Below, piece after piece: positions 9,210-18,351 of a stretch of DNA of 64,000 nt. The DNA is from an uncultured Maribellus sp. (GTDB lineage: Bacteria; Bacteroidota; Bacteroidia; Bacteroidales; Prolixibacteraceae), in NCBI GenBank assembly GCA_964476535.1, contig CAYZBC010000001.1:4788-68787 (forward strand), given 5' to 3'. Within the stretch, counting starts at the first letter, position 1; each line of letters opens with the position of its first letter. Below the pieces are notes generated by a model. The model saw only the letters and a program-made list of their open reading frames with translations. It had not been told where the DNA came from and made no database searches. Made by a program: the position numbers and the translations under genes.

Positions 9210-11363
9210 TTACTGTACAATTTTCATTTCGTCGATTAAATGAGTAGCACCTGCATAGGTATCAATAACCCAAAGCACAAACCGAATGTCAACATTAATA
9301 CAACGTTGCAAGTCAGGTTCAAAAGCAATGTCGCCACTCATTGCTTCCCAGTTTCCATCGAATGCAATTCCAATTAATTCGCCTTTCGCATTAATAACAG
9401 GACTGCCCGAATTTCCTCCGGTAATGTCGTTGTTGGTAATAAAACAAGCGTGCAACGATCCATCTTTATCGGCATATTTACCAAAGTCCTTTGCAGTCAA
9501 TAATTCTTTCATTCTTGAAGGAACATCGAATTCTGTGTCACCTGGAATTTCTTTTTCAATATAACCATCGGTTGTTGTATAATAATCATAAGTGACACCG
9601 TCGCGAGGCTCGTAATCCAAAACATTTCCATAAGTTAAACGCATGGTTGAATTAGCATCCGGGTAAAAGCTTTTTTCCTTGTCCATCTCGATTAAACCTG
9701 CCACAAAAAGTCTTCTCCCTTTCAATAAATTATCGGTAGTTTTTCCTGCTATTTTGCCGATCTCACGCAGTTTCGAAAATACATCTCCAGCAGCTTGCAC
9801 GGCCATATCTTTTTTCAACACTTTTAATGACGGGTTTTTCAGAAAAGCTTCTAATTCTTCTTGATTATCAAAAACCGATTTGGCAAACATCTTCTCGGCA
9901 AATTTAGAGAAATCGCCTTTGTATTTCTTTTGAACAGTTTCAAAAAATGCCGGATAAAATTTGGCATTATTATTTTCTGAATAAAGTTTCATTAACTCTC
10001 CAGCAATTTTTTTGTCGGTTACAGCATCGTAATCTTTAAAATATTCATCCATCGAACCTTTAATCCTTTCAACAATACGGTCAATTTTATCCTTATTTTC
10101 TTCGGGTTTTTCCAACAAGCTAATTAATGATTTTGCACGGTAAGCAAACATGAAAATTTCCGGGCCACGCATTAAAGCTTCAGAAATGTATTCTAGCGCC
10201 CGACTTGCCTCCGAATCAATATAAGAATTTTCGATTAATTTTAAAGCTTCGCCATATTTTTCTTTGCGTGAATTATCGGCATTCACCCAACTTGTAAATT
10301 CATTTTCCAACGCTTTTTTCTTATCAATTACATTTAAGTTTTTTAAACCATTATTTTGACCAATACTGTATTTGTAATAATTCGAACTACGGGCATATTT
10401 CGACGAATATTGAATTCTCGCTTTAGGGCTGGTTTTCATATATTCACCAATAATTTCGAGCTTTTTCTCACGAACTTCAACACGAACCGGGTTGGTAACT
10501 TCCATTGTATAATTTACACCGTACGAAGTTTTGTATCGATTTGTTCTTCCCGGATATCCCATAATCATGGCAAAATCGCCCTTTTCAACACCTTTTAACG
10601 AAATGGGTAAAAAATGTTTTGGTTGGTAAGGAACATTTTCTTCTGAATAGCTGGCCGGTAAACCATCTGGTCCGCAATAAACGCGAAACATCGAAAAATC
10701 GTTGGTATGGCGTGGCCACATCCAATTGTCGGTGTCGCCACCAAATTTACCAAGTGCTTGTGGTGGTGCTCCAACTAAACGAATATCTTTGAATGTTTCT
10801 ACCACAAAAAGATAATATTTATTGTCGTTGAAAAAACTACGTACATAAGTTTCGTAATGTGTGTCGCCTTTTGCTTCTTTTTCTAAACTCCCAGAAACTT
10901 CGTTTATCTTTTCACTGCGTTCTTCTTCAGTAGATTCTGAAGTTACATCGGCAAGAACTTTTTCAGTTACATCTTCAATACGAACTAAAAAAGTAACTGT
11001 TTTGCCTGGGTTTGCCAACTCTTCTTCTCGCGACATGGCCCAAAATCCGTCTTGTAAATAATCGTGTTCAACACTCGAATGACTTTGAATTTCTCCAAAA
11101 CCACAGTGGTGATTTGTCAATAATAATCCGTCTTTCGAAATTAACTCTGCAGTACACGAACCATGATCCAATGCCACAACCGCATCTTTTAAACTCGAAT
11201 TATTGATGCTGTAAATATCTTCAGCACTTAATTCCAAACCGGCTTTCTGCATGTCGGCGATATTCAATTTATGAATCAAAGAAGGAAGCCACATCCCTTC
11301 ATCAGCCACTGCCGAACCAATAATAAACACGGTAAGGAGCAGTATTAAATTTAATTTTTTCAT
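9210..11363 (-). CDS. dpp7: S46 family dipeptidyl peptidase, DPP7-type
   Basis: DEGMW mature N-terminus, TNHHC, DNWMWPRH, TGGNSGSPV catalytic Ser. FDGNWEAMSGD has Gly at the S1 position as in DPP7 (DPP11 has FDR). Confidence 0.9.
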   Translation of the reverse strand: MKKLNLILLLTVFIIGSAVADEGMWLPSLIHKLNIADMQKAGLELSAEDIYSINNSSLKDAVVALDHGSCTAELISKDGLLLTNHHCGFGEIQSHSSVEHDYLQDGFWAMSREEELANPGKTVTFLVRIEDVTEKVLADVTSESTEEERSEKINEVSGSLEKEAKGDTHYETYVRSFFNDNKYYLFVVETFKDIRLVGAPPQALGKFGGDTDNWMWPRHTNDFSMFRVYCGPDGLPASYSEENVPYQPKHFLPISLKGVEKGDFAMIMGYPGRTNRYKTSYGVNYTMEVTNPVRVEVREKKLEIIGEYMKTSPKARIQYSSKYARSSNYYKYSIGQNNGLKNLNVIDKKKALENEFTSWVNADNSRKEKYGEALKLIENSYIDSEASRALEYISEALMRGPEIFMFAYRAKSLISLLEKPEENKDKIDRIVERIKGSMDEYFKDYDAVTDKKIAGELMKLYSENNNAKFYPAFFETVQKKYKGDFSKFAEKMFAKSVFDNQEELEAFLKNPSLKVLKKDMAVQAAGDVFSKLREIGKIAGKTTDNLLKGRRLFVAGLIEMDKEKSFYPDANSTMRLTYGNVLDYEPRDGVTYDYYTTTDGYIEKEIPGDTEFDVPSRMKELLTAKDFGKYADKDGSLHACFITNNDITGGNSGSPVINAKGELIGIAFDGNWEAMSGDIAFEPDLQRCINVDIRFVLWVIDTYAGATHLIDEMKIVQ

Positions 11364-11394
11364 ATTTATTTCAACTTTTCTCTTTTATAATTGA

Positions 11395-11402
11395 CAAATA
11401 TA
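11395..11402 (-). promoter_or_regulatory. Bacteroidota -7 promoter element for the S46 gene
   Basis: TATATTTG on the minus strand matches TAnnTTTG, about 30 nt upstream of the start codon. Confidence 0.55.
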
Positions 11403-11705
11403 GTTTTTTACTTTTTTTGTTAAAGTGATATTTGTCTTTTTTGAAGTAAATGTGTTTAATGGTACATTCTCATTCGGAATAATATTTTGTCAAAACAATA
11501 CCCATTAAACATCTTCAAGTCTTGTAAATTAGTAATTATTGTATCCTATTTTGTTAGACAAAGCATTAGTATATATTTTGTTGCAACATTACATAAATAA
11601 AAAAGGTGGTGTTACTTTTTCCAATGAATTTTATAATTTACAGAATCAAAAATTTGACTTTTGGATAAAAAAGGATAAACAACAACTTTGTTTCTCAATT
11701 CTTTC

Positions 11706-11713
11706 TAAATTTG
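11706..11713 (+). promoter_or_regulatory. Bacteroidota -7 promoter element for the M23-dxr-rseP operon
   Basis: TAAATTTG matches TAnnTTTG, about 20 nt before the GTG start; TTTG present at 11687-11690. Confidence 0.5.
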
Positions 11714-11732
11714 TAACCTTCAAAAAAACGCA

Positions 11733-12590
11733 GTGGAAAAAAAAAAGAAAAATAAAGTTTTTGATAAATTAAAAGACCAGTATCGTTTAATTATTTATAA
11801 CGATACAACTTTTCAATCGGTTTGGAGTATAAAACTTTCTCGATTAAAAGTATTTACCGTTACAAGCTTGTTGTCTGCAATAATTGTAGTATTGGTAATT
11901 TTACTTATTGCTACAACCGGATTGCGAGAATATATTCCTGGTTATCCAAAAGCGGAGTATAGACAAATATTGGTTCACAATGCTTTAAAAGTAGATTCTT
12001 TAGAAAACGAGCTAATAAAAAGAGATGAGTTTTTCAAGGGAATAAAAGCGATAATTTCTGGCGAAATCCCGGAAGATAATTTGGATATTAACACGAATGT
12101 TGAAACCAATGATATTGAATTTATGGAATTCAACCACGATTCGGTTTTTCAAGATAAATTGCTGGCAGAACAGTTAAGTTTATCCATTCAAAATAACGAC
12201 AGTAAAAATACCGGAATTAGTCAGATGCATTTTTTCGTTCCCGTAAATGGAGTGGTATCAAATCATTTTAATTCCAGCAAAGACCATTTTGGAATTGATT
12301 TAGTAAGTGTGCCGAATGCTAGAATTTCAGCGATTTTACAAGGAACGGTAATCTTTTCGGGATGGACAGTTGAAACCGGATATGTAATTTATATTCAGCA
12401 TGAAACGGATTTAATCTCAGTTTATAAACACAATGCCGAATTGTTGAAAAACACTGGAGATAAAGTGGAAGCAGGCGAAGCCATTGCAATTATTGGAAAT
12501 ACCGGAGAACTTACCACCGGGCCGCATTTGCATTTCGAACTTTGGTACAAAGGGAATGCATTAAACCCAGAGCAATACATCGATTTTTAA
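11733..12590 (+). CDS. M23 family metallopeptidase
   Basis: HFGID (HxxxD), YKHN, TTGPHLHFE (HxH) motifs, N-terminal TM. Sits upstream of dxr as is usual in Bacteroidota. Confidence 0.9.
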   Translation: MEKKKKNKVFDKLKDQYRLIIYNDTTFQSVWSIKLSRLKVFTVTSLLSAIIVVLVILLIATTGLREYIPGYPKAEYRQILVHNALKVDSLENELIKRDEFFKGIKAIISGEIPEDNLDINTNVETNDIEFMEFNHDSVFQDKLLAEQLSLSIQNNDSKNTGISQMHFFVPVNGVVSNHFNSSKDHFGIDLVSVPNARISAILQGTVIFSGWTVETGYVIYIQHETDLISVYKHNAELLKNTGDKVEAGEAIAIIGNTGELTTGPHLHFELWYKGNALNPEQYIDF

Positions 12591-12596
12591 AATTTT

Positions 12597-12772
12597 ATGA
12601 AACGACCGTGAGACAAAATCACACACAAAGTATGATTATATTTTAGGGAGTTCCATCTGTTGCAAAAAAAATTATAAACAGTTAAAACGAGCATGGCAAA
12701 TATTGGCAAACAGGAGGATGGTTATTCAGCAAGTTACATGTGTTGCTGTTAAAAATAAACAATTATAAACCC
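12597..12772 (+). repeat. Tandem pair (D1 12597-12681, D2 12682-12772) of an 85-115 nt start-codon-associated repeat
   Basis: D2 matches copy B (18442-18352, minus) at 34 of the first 44 positions and again at the 3' end (ACAATTATAAAC). Ends immediately before the dxr ATG. Confidence 0.8.
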
Positions 12773-13927
12773 ATGAAAAAGAGAATAGCTATTCTTGGCT
12801 CTACCGGTTCTATCGGAACACAATCATTGGAAGTTATCGAGCAAAACTCAGATAAATTTGAAATTGAAGTATTAACGGCTAATAATAATGTTGATTTATT
12901 AATTCAGCAGGCAAAAAAATTTCAGCCAAATGCAGTTGTTATTGCAAACGAAGATAAATATAAAGTTGTTTCCGAGGCATTGGCAAATGAGCCGATAAAG
13001 GTTTATGCCGGAAACGATGCCCTTAATCAGGTGGTACAAATGGATACAGTTGATTTAGTGCTCACTGCAATGGTTGGTTATTCTGGATTGATTCCTACTT
13101 ATCACGCAGTAAAAGCAGGGAAGAACATAGCACTGGCAAACAAAGAAACCCTGGTAGTTGCAGGTGAAATAATTACAAAATTAGCCCACGAAAAGAAAGT
13201 TGAAATTATTCCGGTAGATTCAGAGCATTCGGCAATTTTTCAATGTTTGGTTGGCGAATTTATGAACCCCATTGAAAAAATTTATTTGACTTGTTCGGGT
13301 GGCCCATTTCGGGGAATGTCTGCAACTGAACTTCAGAACGTTACGGTTGATAACGCTTTGGCGCATCCCAACTGGGAGATGGGAGATAAAATTACAATAG
13401 ACTCAGCCACATTAATGAACAAGGGGTTTGAAATGATTGAGGCGCATTGGCTTTTTGGATTGCCCTCATCAAAAATTGATGTAATTATACACCCGCAATC
13501 TATTATTCATTCAATCGTTCAGTTCGAGGATGGTTCAATGAAAGCACAGATGGGATTGCCTGATATGAAATTACCCATTCAATACGCCATTGGATTTCCA
13601 TCTCGAATAAAGAACAATTTCCCGAGGTTCAACTTTTTAGACTATCCGACTCTTAATTTTGAGCCGCCAAATACAAAAATTTTTCGTAACCTTGCACTCT
13701 CTTTTGAAGCACTTGATTTAGGGGGCAACATGCCATGTGTCTTAAATGCTGCAAATGAGGTGGTTGTAGAAGCATTTTTGAATAAAAAAATAGGGTTTTT
13801 GCAGATGTCGGAAACGATAGAAACTGTCATGCAAAAGGTAGCATTAATTAAAAACCCCGAATTAGATGATTTAATTCAAACCAATGCTGAAGCCAGAAGA
13901 ATAACAGAACGGTTAATTGAAAATTAG
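12773..13927 (+). CDS. dxr: 1-deoxy-D-xylulose 5-phosphate reductoisomerase
   Basis: ILGSTGSIG, LANKETLV, PVDSEHSAIFQ, SGGPF, HPNW.MG.KITIDSAT, NAANEV. Start placed at ATG 12773. Confidence 0.98.
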   Translation: MKKRIAILGSTGSIGTQSLEVIEQNSDKFEIEVLTANNNVDLLIQQAKKFQPNAVVIANEDKYKVVSEALANEPIKVYAGNDALNQVVQMDTVDLVLTAMVGYSGLIPTYHAVKAGKNIALANKETLVVAGEIITKLAHEKKVEIIPVDSEHSAIFQCLVGEFMNPIEKIYLTCSGGPFRGMSATELQNVTVDNALAHPNWEMGDKITIDSATLMNKGFEMIEAHWLFGLPSSKIDVIIHPQSIIHSIVQFEDGSMKAQMGLPDMKLPIQYAIGFPSRIKNNFPRFNFLDYPTLNFEPPNTKIFRNLALSFEALDLGGNMPCVLNAANEVVVEAFLNKKIGFLQMSETIETVMQKVALIKNPELDDLIQTNAEARRITERLIEN

Positions 13928-13938
13928 AAAAAATTTGA

Positions 13939-15276
13939 ATGGAAACGATATTAATTAAAACGGCTCAATTACTTTTAAGCCTTTCTATACTAGTTGTACT
14001 GCACGAATTTGGGCATTTTATGTTTGCCCGTTTATTTAACACGCGCGTTGAAAAATTTTACCTGTTTTTTGATCCCTGGTTTTCGCTTTTTAAGATAAAA
14101 AAAGGAGATACAGAATATGGAATTGGCTGGTTGCCATTGGGTGGTTATGTGAAAATTTCGGGGATGATTGATGAGTCGATGGACAAAGAAGCGATGAAAC
14201 TTCCGGCACAACCATACGAATTTCGTGCAAAACCGGCATGGCAACGTTTATTGATAATGCTAGGTGGGGTGACGATGAATTTTTTGTTTGCCATGGTTAT
14301 TTATATCGGCATTTTATATGCCTGGGGCGAAGAATTCCTTCCAACGGAGAATGCAAAATATGGAATTGAAGTAAATGAAGTAGGCACACAAATCGGCTTT
14401 CAAAATGGGGATAAAATCTTAACGGTAGATAATCAATATGTAGATAATTTCATGAAGATTATTCCTACTATTGTTTTGGACAATGCGAAATTTGTTCAGG
14501 TTGAACGAAATGGACAAAAAATAGATGTTGAAATTAGTGACTCCGATCTTGCACTTATTCTAAAAAGTAAAGGTGTAATGGCTCCCCGTTTTCCTTTTAA
14601 AATGGGTGTTGAAGGATGGTTGAAAAATTCACGCGGGCAAGCGGCAGGACTGCAAATAGGAGATGAATTTAAGGGACTTAACGGAAAGTATTTTACTTAT
14701 TTCGACGAGTGGTCTTCTGCACTCAAAGGAAATATTGGACAGCCAATAGTTATAAATATTGAACGCAATGGGCAGGCAAAAGAAATTGCGATGACGCTAG
14801 GTGAAGATGGAATGATTGGAATAAAAAACAGTCATGCTGGCGATCAGTTTTTTGAATTTAAGTCTATAAAATATGGTTTCTTTGAATCGATTCCTGCGGG
14901 TATAAAAAAAGGTGTTCAAACTACAGGCGATTATTTAAAACAGTTTAAGCTGTTCTTTAAAAAGGAAACAAAAGCATACGAATCGTTGGGTGGTTTTGCT
15001 ACCATTGGTAATATTTTCCCAGGAACGTGGGATTGGCATTCATTTTGGAATATGACCGCGTTTATTTCAATTATTCTTGCTATTATGAACTTGTTACCAA
15101 TTCCGGCTTTGGACGGTGGACATGTAATGTTTTTAATGGGCGAAATGATAACAGGAAGAAAACCAAACGAGAAATTTTTAGAGTATGCACAAATAGCAGG
15201 AATGATTTTACTTTTGGCATTAGTTCTTTTTGCAAATGCCAATGACATAATAAAAATGATTAACGGAACTTTTTAG
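13939..15276 (+). CDS. rseP: RIP metalloprotease RseP
   Basis: HEFGH, PLGGYVKI, PDZ domains, NLLPIPALDGG; directly follows dxr. Confidence 0.96.
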   Translation: METILIKTAQLLLSLSILVVLHEFGHFMFARLFNTRVEKFYLFFDPWFSLFKIKKGDTEYGIGWLPLGGYVKISGMIDESMDKEAMKLPAQPYEFRAKPAWQRLLIMLGGVTMNFLFAMVIYIGILYAWGEEFLPTENAKYGIEVNEVGTQIGFQNGDKILTVDNQYVDNFMKIIPTIVLDNAKFVQVERNGQKIDVEISDSDLALILKSKGVMAPRFPFKMGVEGWLKNSRGQAAGLQIGDEFKGLNGKYFTYFDEWSSALKGNIGQPIVINIERNGQAKEIAMTLGEDGMIGIKNSHAGDQFFEFKSIKYGFFESIPAGIKKGVQTTGDYLKQFKLFFKKETKAYESLGGFATIGNIFPGTWDWHSFWNMTAFISIILAIMNLLPIPALDGGHVMFLMGEMITGRKPNEKFLEYAQIAGMILLLALVLFANANDIIKMINGTF

Positions 15277-15321
15277 TAAAAAAATTATATTTTTGTATCA
15301 AACCAATTTTAGCATAACATC

Positions 15322-15528
15322 ATGAATTTATTTGTAATAGCAGGTTTTGTAGGACCACAGGAAATAATTATCATTTTAATTATTGTAGTACTCCTTTTTG
15401 GAGGGCGTAAAATTCCTGAATTAATGAAAGGCCTTGGAAAAGGGATGAAGGAGTTTAAAAAAGCCAAAAGTGAAATGGATGAGGACGAAGAGCCAAGTAA
15501 ATCCGATCCGGAAAAAATTGACAACTAA
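15322..15528 (+). CDS. tatA: Twin-arginine translocase TatA/TatE
   Basis: TM helix followed by [25 protein letters not shown]. Confidence 0.93.
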   Translation: MNLFVIAGFVGPQEIIIILIIVVLLFGGRKIPELMKGLGKGMKEFKKAKSEMDEDEEPSKSDPEKIDN

Positions 15529-15549
15529 TATCGAATAGATATTGTGGCA

Positions 15550-15587
15550 AATCCCGTACCTGCATAAAGCAGGCACGGGATTTTTTT
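15550..15587 (+). terminator. Rho-independent terminator after tatA
   Basis: ATCCCGT-A-CCTGC-ATAAA-GCAGG-C-ACGGGAT followed by a U run. Confidence 0.85.
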
Positions 15588-15643
15588 GTTTAAAACTGGT
15601 AAGGTTTTTGTAAGAAAAAGTCTAATTCTAATAATCCAACATC

Positions 15644-16681
15644 ATGAAATCCAAGTTTATTTATCTGTTTCTTACATTTCTTGCAGTAATTATTTTACAG
15701 TCTTGTTCAAACGATAGTCCGGTAATGCATACAAACATTACAGGATATTCCAGCGAATTGGTTGTTGTGATTTCCAAAGAGTCGTGGGGAAGTTCTACCG
15801 GAAAACTTATTCGGGAAACACTTGCCCAGCCACAACTTGGGCTGCCTCAGGACGAACCCATTTTTGATTTGGTTGATGTTCCTCATGCTGCTTTTAAAAA
15901 AATATTTAAAAGTACTCGCAACATTATTCAAACAAACATTTCGTCGAATGTAGAAAACGAAGGAATTAGTTTTACTGATGATGTATGGGCTTATCCGCAG
16001 GCAACTGTTCAAATACAAGCAAAAACTGCGGAAAAATTCGAGGAAATATTTAAAGAGAACGGAGACGATATTTTAACGTACTTTATTGCAGCCGAAAAAG
16101 AACGGCAAACAATGAATTACAATAAATTTTACGAAAAAGCTGTTTACAATGTGTTGAATAAAGATTTTGGAGTTACAATGAAAGTACCTCCGGGATTTAT
16201 CATTACAGAACAAAAAGAAGATTTAATTTGGTTTAAATACGAAACACCGGAGATTTCCCAAGGCATAGTTTTATATACTTTCCCTTACGTTTCAGATAGT
16301 ACTTTTACGGTAAACTATCTATTAAACATTCGCGACGAAGTATTAAAAGCAAATATTCCTGGGCCAACCGAAGGGAGTTATATGTCAACCGAAAAAAGAT
16401 TTCAGCAAATTTTTAATGTTCATGAACACAATGGAAATTATACCTCAGAAATGCGCGGGCTTTGGCGTGTTGAGAATGATTTTATGGGCGGGCCATATAT
16501 TTCCATAGCTGAATTGGATGCAACCAACCAGCGCGTTGTTGTTGCATTTGGTTATGTTTATGCACCGAGCAAAGACAAGAGAAATTTACTGCGCCAGGTT
16601 GAAGCAATGATTTATTCCTTAAAAATGAACGACCAGGCAAAAAACGATAAAATTAACAGTCAGGTTAAAATGGGGAATTGA
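15644..16681 (+). CDS. DUF4837 family lipoprotein
   Basis: Lipobox LQSC; LPQDEP.FDL, WA.PQ, RGLW...DFMGGP motifs. Confidence 0.8.
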   Translation: MKSKFIYLFLTFLAVIILQSCSNDSPVMHTNITGYSSELVVVISKESWGSSTGKLIRETLAQPQLGLPQDEPIFDLVDVPHAAFKKIFKSTRNIIQTNISSNVENEGISFTDDVWAYPQATVQIQAKTAEKFEEIFKENGDDILTYFIAAEKERQTMNYNKFYEKAVYNVLNKDFGVTMKVPPGFIITEQKEDLIWFKYETPEISQGIVLYTFPYVSDSTFTVNYLLNIRDEVLKANIPGPTEGSYMSTEKRFQQIFNVHEHNGNYTSEMRGLWRVENDFMGGPYISIAELDATNQRVVVAFGYVYAPSKDKRNLLRQVEAMIYSLKMNDQAKNDKINSQVKMGN

Positions 16682-16708
16682 GCTTATAGATAGTTGTTAG
16701 TAGCAAGT

Positions 16709-16748
16709 AAAACAAGCCCTGAAAATATTAATTTTCAGGGCTTGTTTT
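16709..16748. terminator. Bidirectional terminator between DUF4837 and GNAT genes
   Basis: Perfect 18-bp inverted repeat AAAACAAGCCCTGAAAAT / ATTTTCAGGGCTTGTTTT with a 4-nt loop. Confidence 0.9.
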
Positions 16749-16762
16749 TAAGAATATTCTTA

Positions 16763-17182
16763 TTAAAATTTCATTCGTAATATTTTGTTATTAGTTTCTG
16801 TATGAAAATATTCCTTCAATAATTTAAATCCATACTTGTCGTAAAATGCCCTCCCAATACGATTCTTTTTGAAAACTTCAACTTCTATTTCTTTATGAAA
16901 TTTATGGACATAATTTACCAACTGAGTTCCAATTCCTTTTGAATGATGACTTGGCAAAACAAACAAACCCCCAATTTCGTTACCAAGCATACTTATAAAA
17001 CCGATTAATGTATTTTCTTCCTCATAAATCCAGGTGTCAGCATTTGGTAAATAGAGTTCGCTCATATCTTTTTTTACCTGATCCATAAAGTCGGAGCCTA
17101 AAAACGAATGAGCCAGTGTTGATGCTTTATACCAAACATCTATAACTTTCAATTCATCTGTTTTTTTGTAACTTCTAATCAT
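16763..17182 (-). CDS. GNAT family acetyltransferase (YjaB-like)
   Basis: LFVLP..HSKGIGTQL acetyl-CoA motif A, FYDKYGF motif B. Confidence 0.88.
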   Translation of the reverse strand: MIRSYKKTDELKVIDVWYKASTLAHSFLGSDFMDQVKKDMSELYLPNADTWIYEEENTLIGFISMLGNEIGGLFVLPSHHSKGIGTQLVNYVHKFHKEIEVEVFKKNRIGRAFYDKYGFKLLKEYFHTETNNKILRMKF

Positions 17183-17233
17183 GATTAATTCTTTACAACT
17201 TAATTATTTTCGGCAATTGAAAAAACCTCTCTT

Positions 17234-18187
17234 TTAAAAGGCAGCCTTTATAATTTCTCCCACGTTATCCGAAATTCCGTACGTATAAATATGTAACGAC
17301 GGTGCGTTGTTGGCGACCAAATCTTTCGACTGAATAATGGCCCACTCGGTACCAACTCTCCGGGCTTCCTCGTTATTTTTGCATTTTGCCAGTTCATTTG
17401 CCAGTTCAAAAGGTAAATCGATACTAAATATTTTGGGTAGAACTGTGAGTTGGTTTTTTAAATTAATGGGTTTTATTCCTGGAATAATTGGGACAGTAAT
17501 TCCAATCTCGCGGCATTTTGCCACAAAATCGTAATATATTTTATTATCAAAAAACATTTGGGTTACAATGTAATCTGCACCCGCATCAACTTTTTGTTTT
17601 AAATTAGTTAAATCGAGCTCCTTATTTGGCGATTCAAAGTGTTTTTCAGGATAACCGGCCACGCCAATGCAGAAATCGAGCGGAGTACTATTTTTTAAGT
17701 CTGTCTCTAAATATTTACCTTTTTGCAGATCTTTAATTTGAGTTACCAATTCATTGGCGTAGGCATGTCCATTTGGATCGGGTTGAAAAACATGCTGGTT
17801 TTTTAAACCGTCGCCCCGCAATGCCAATATATTTTCAATACCTAAGAAATTCAAATCGATTAAAACATGTTCGGTTTCGCTTTTTGAAAAACCGCCACAT
17901 AGAATATGAGGAATAACAGGAATGCCATATTTGTGTTGAATGGCTGCTGCAATTGCAACAGCTCCCGGACGTTTGCGGACAGTTCGTTTAACAATACTTC
18001 CATCATGTAATTCCTTAAATTCCAGTTCGTCGCGATGGGTAGTAATGTTAATATATTTTGGGTCAAAATCAATCAAACTTTCAATTGTTTGGTACATTCT
18101 GCTCGTATTGTTCCCTTTTAAAGGGGGTAGAAGTTCAAACGAAAAAACCGTTTTTGATGACTTGTTTATGATATCGATTACCTTCAT
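17234..18187 (-). CDS. metF: 5,10-methylenetetrahydrofolate reductase
   Basis: FSFELLPP, PHILCGG, LALRGD, AGYPEKH, KVDAGADYIVTQMFFD motifs. Confidence 0.96.
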   Translation of the reverse strand: MKVIDIINKSSKTVFSFELLPPLKGNNTSRMYQTIESLIDFDPKYINITTHRDELEFKELHDGSIVKRTVRKRPGAVAIAAAIQHKYGIPVIPHILCGGFSKSETEHVLIDLNFLGIENILALRGDGLKNQHVFQPDPNGHAYANELVTQIKDLQKGKYLETDLKNSTPLDFCIGVAGYPEKHFESPNKELDLTNLKQKVDAGADYIVTQMFFDNKIYYDFVAKCREIGITVPIIPGIKPINLKNQLTVLPKIFSIDLPFELANELAKCKNNEEARRVGTEWAIIQSKDLVANNAPSLHIYTYGISDNVGEIIKAAF

Positions 18188-18192
18188 TTCTA

Positions 18193-18351
18193 TTATTTAA
18201 ATATGTTTTCAATTTTGTGCCCCGCTTTGTTTAGCTCTTTGTCAATTTCTTTTTCAACTGAATTGTTAAAATTAAAAACCATGTCGAGTACGAGCATCAC
18301 CAGCATTCCTAAAATGAAATAATATATGTTGCCTTTTCTGAAAATTTTCAT
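18193..18351 (-). CDS. Small (52 aa) predicted single-pass membrane protein, absent from the ORF track
   Basis: MKIFRKGNIYYFILGMLVMLVLDMVFNFNNSVEKEIDKELNKAGHKIENIFK. Basic N-terminus, TM segment, charged tail; stop is 5 nt before the metF ATG. Confidence 0.6.
   Translation of the reverse strand: MKIFRKGNIYYFILGMLVMLVLDMVFNFNNSVEKEIDKELNKAGHKIENIFK

Noticed and set aside
11539-11772. 77-aa ORF in the dpp7/M23 divergent region
   Set aside because: Low-complexity AT-rich translation, overlaps promoter elements and the M23 start in another frame.
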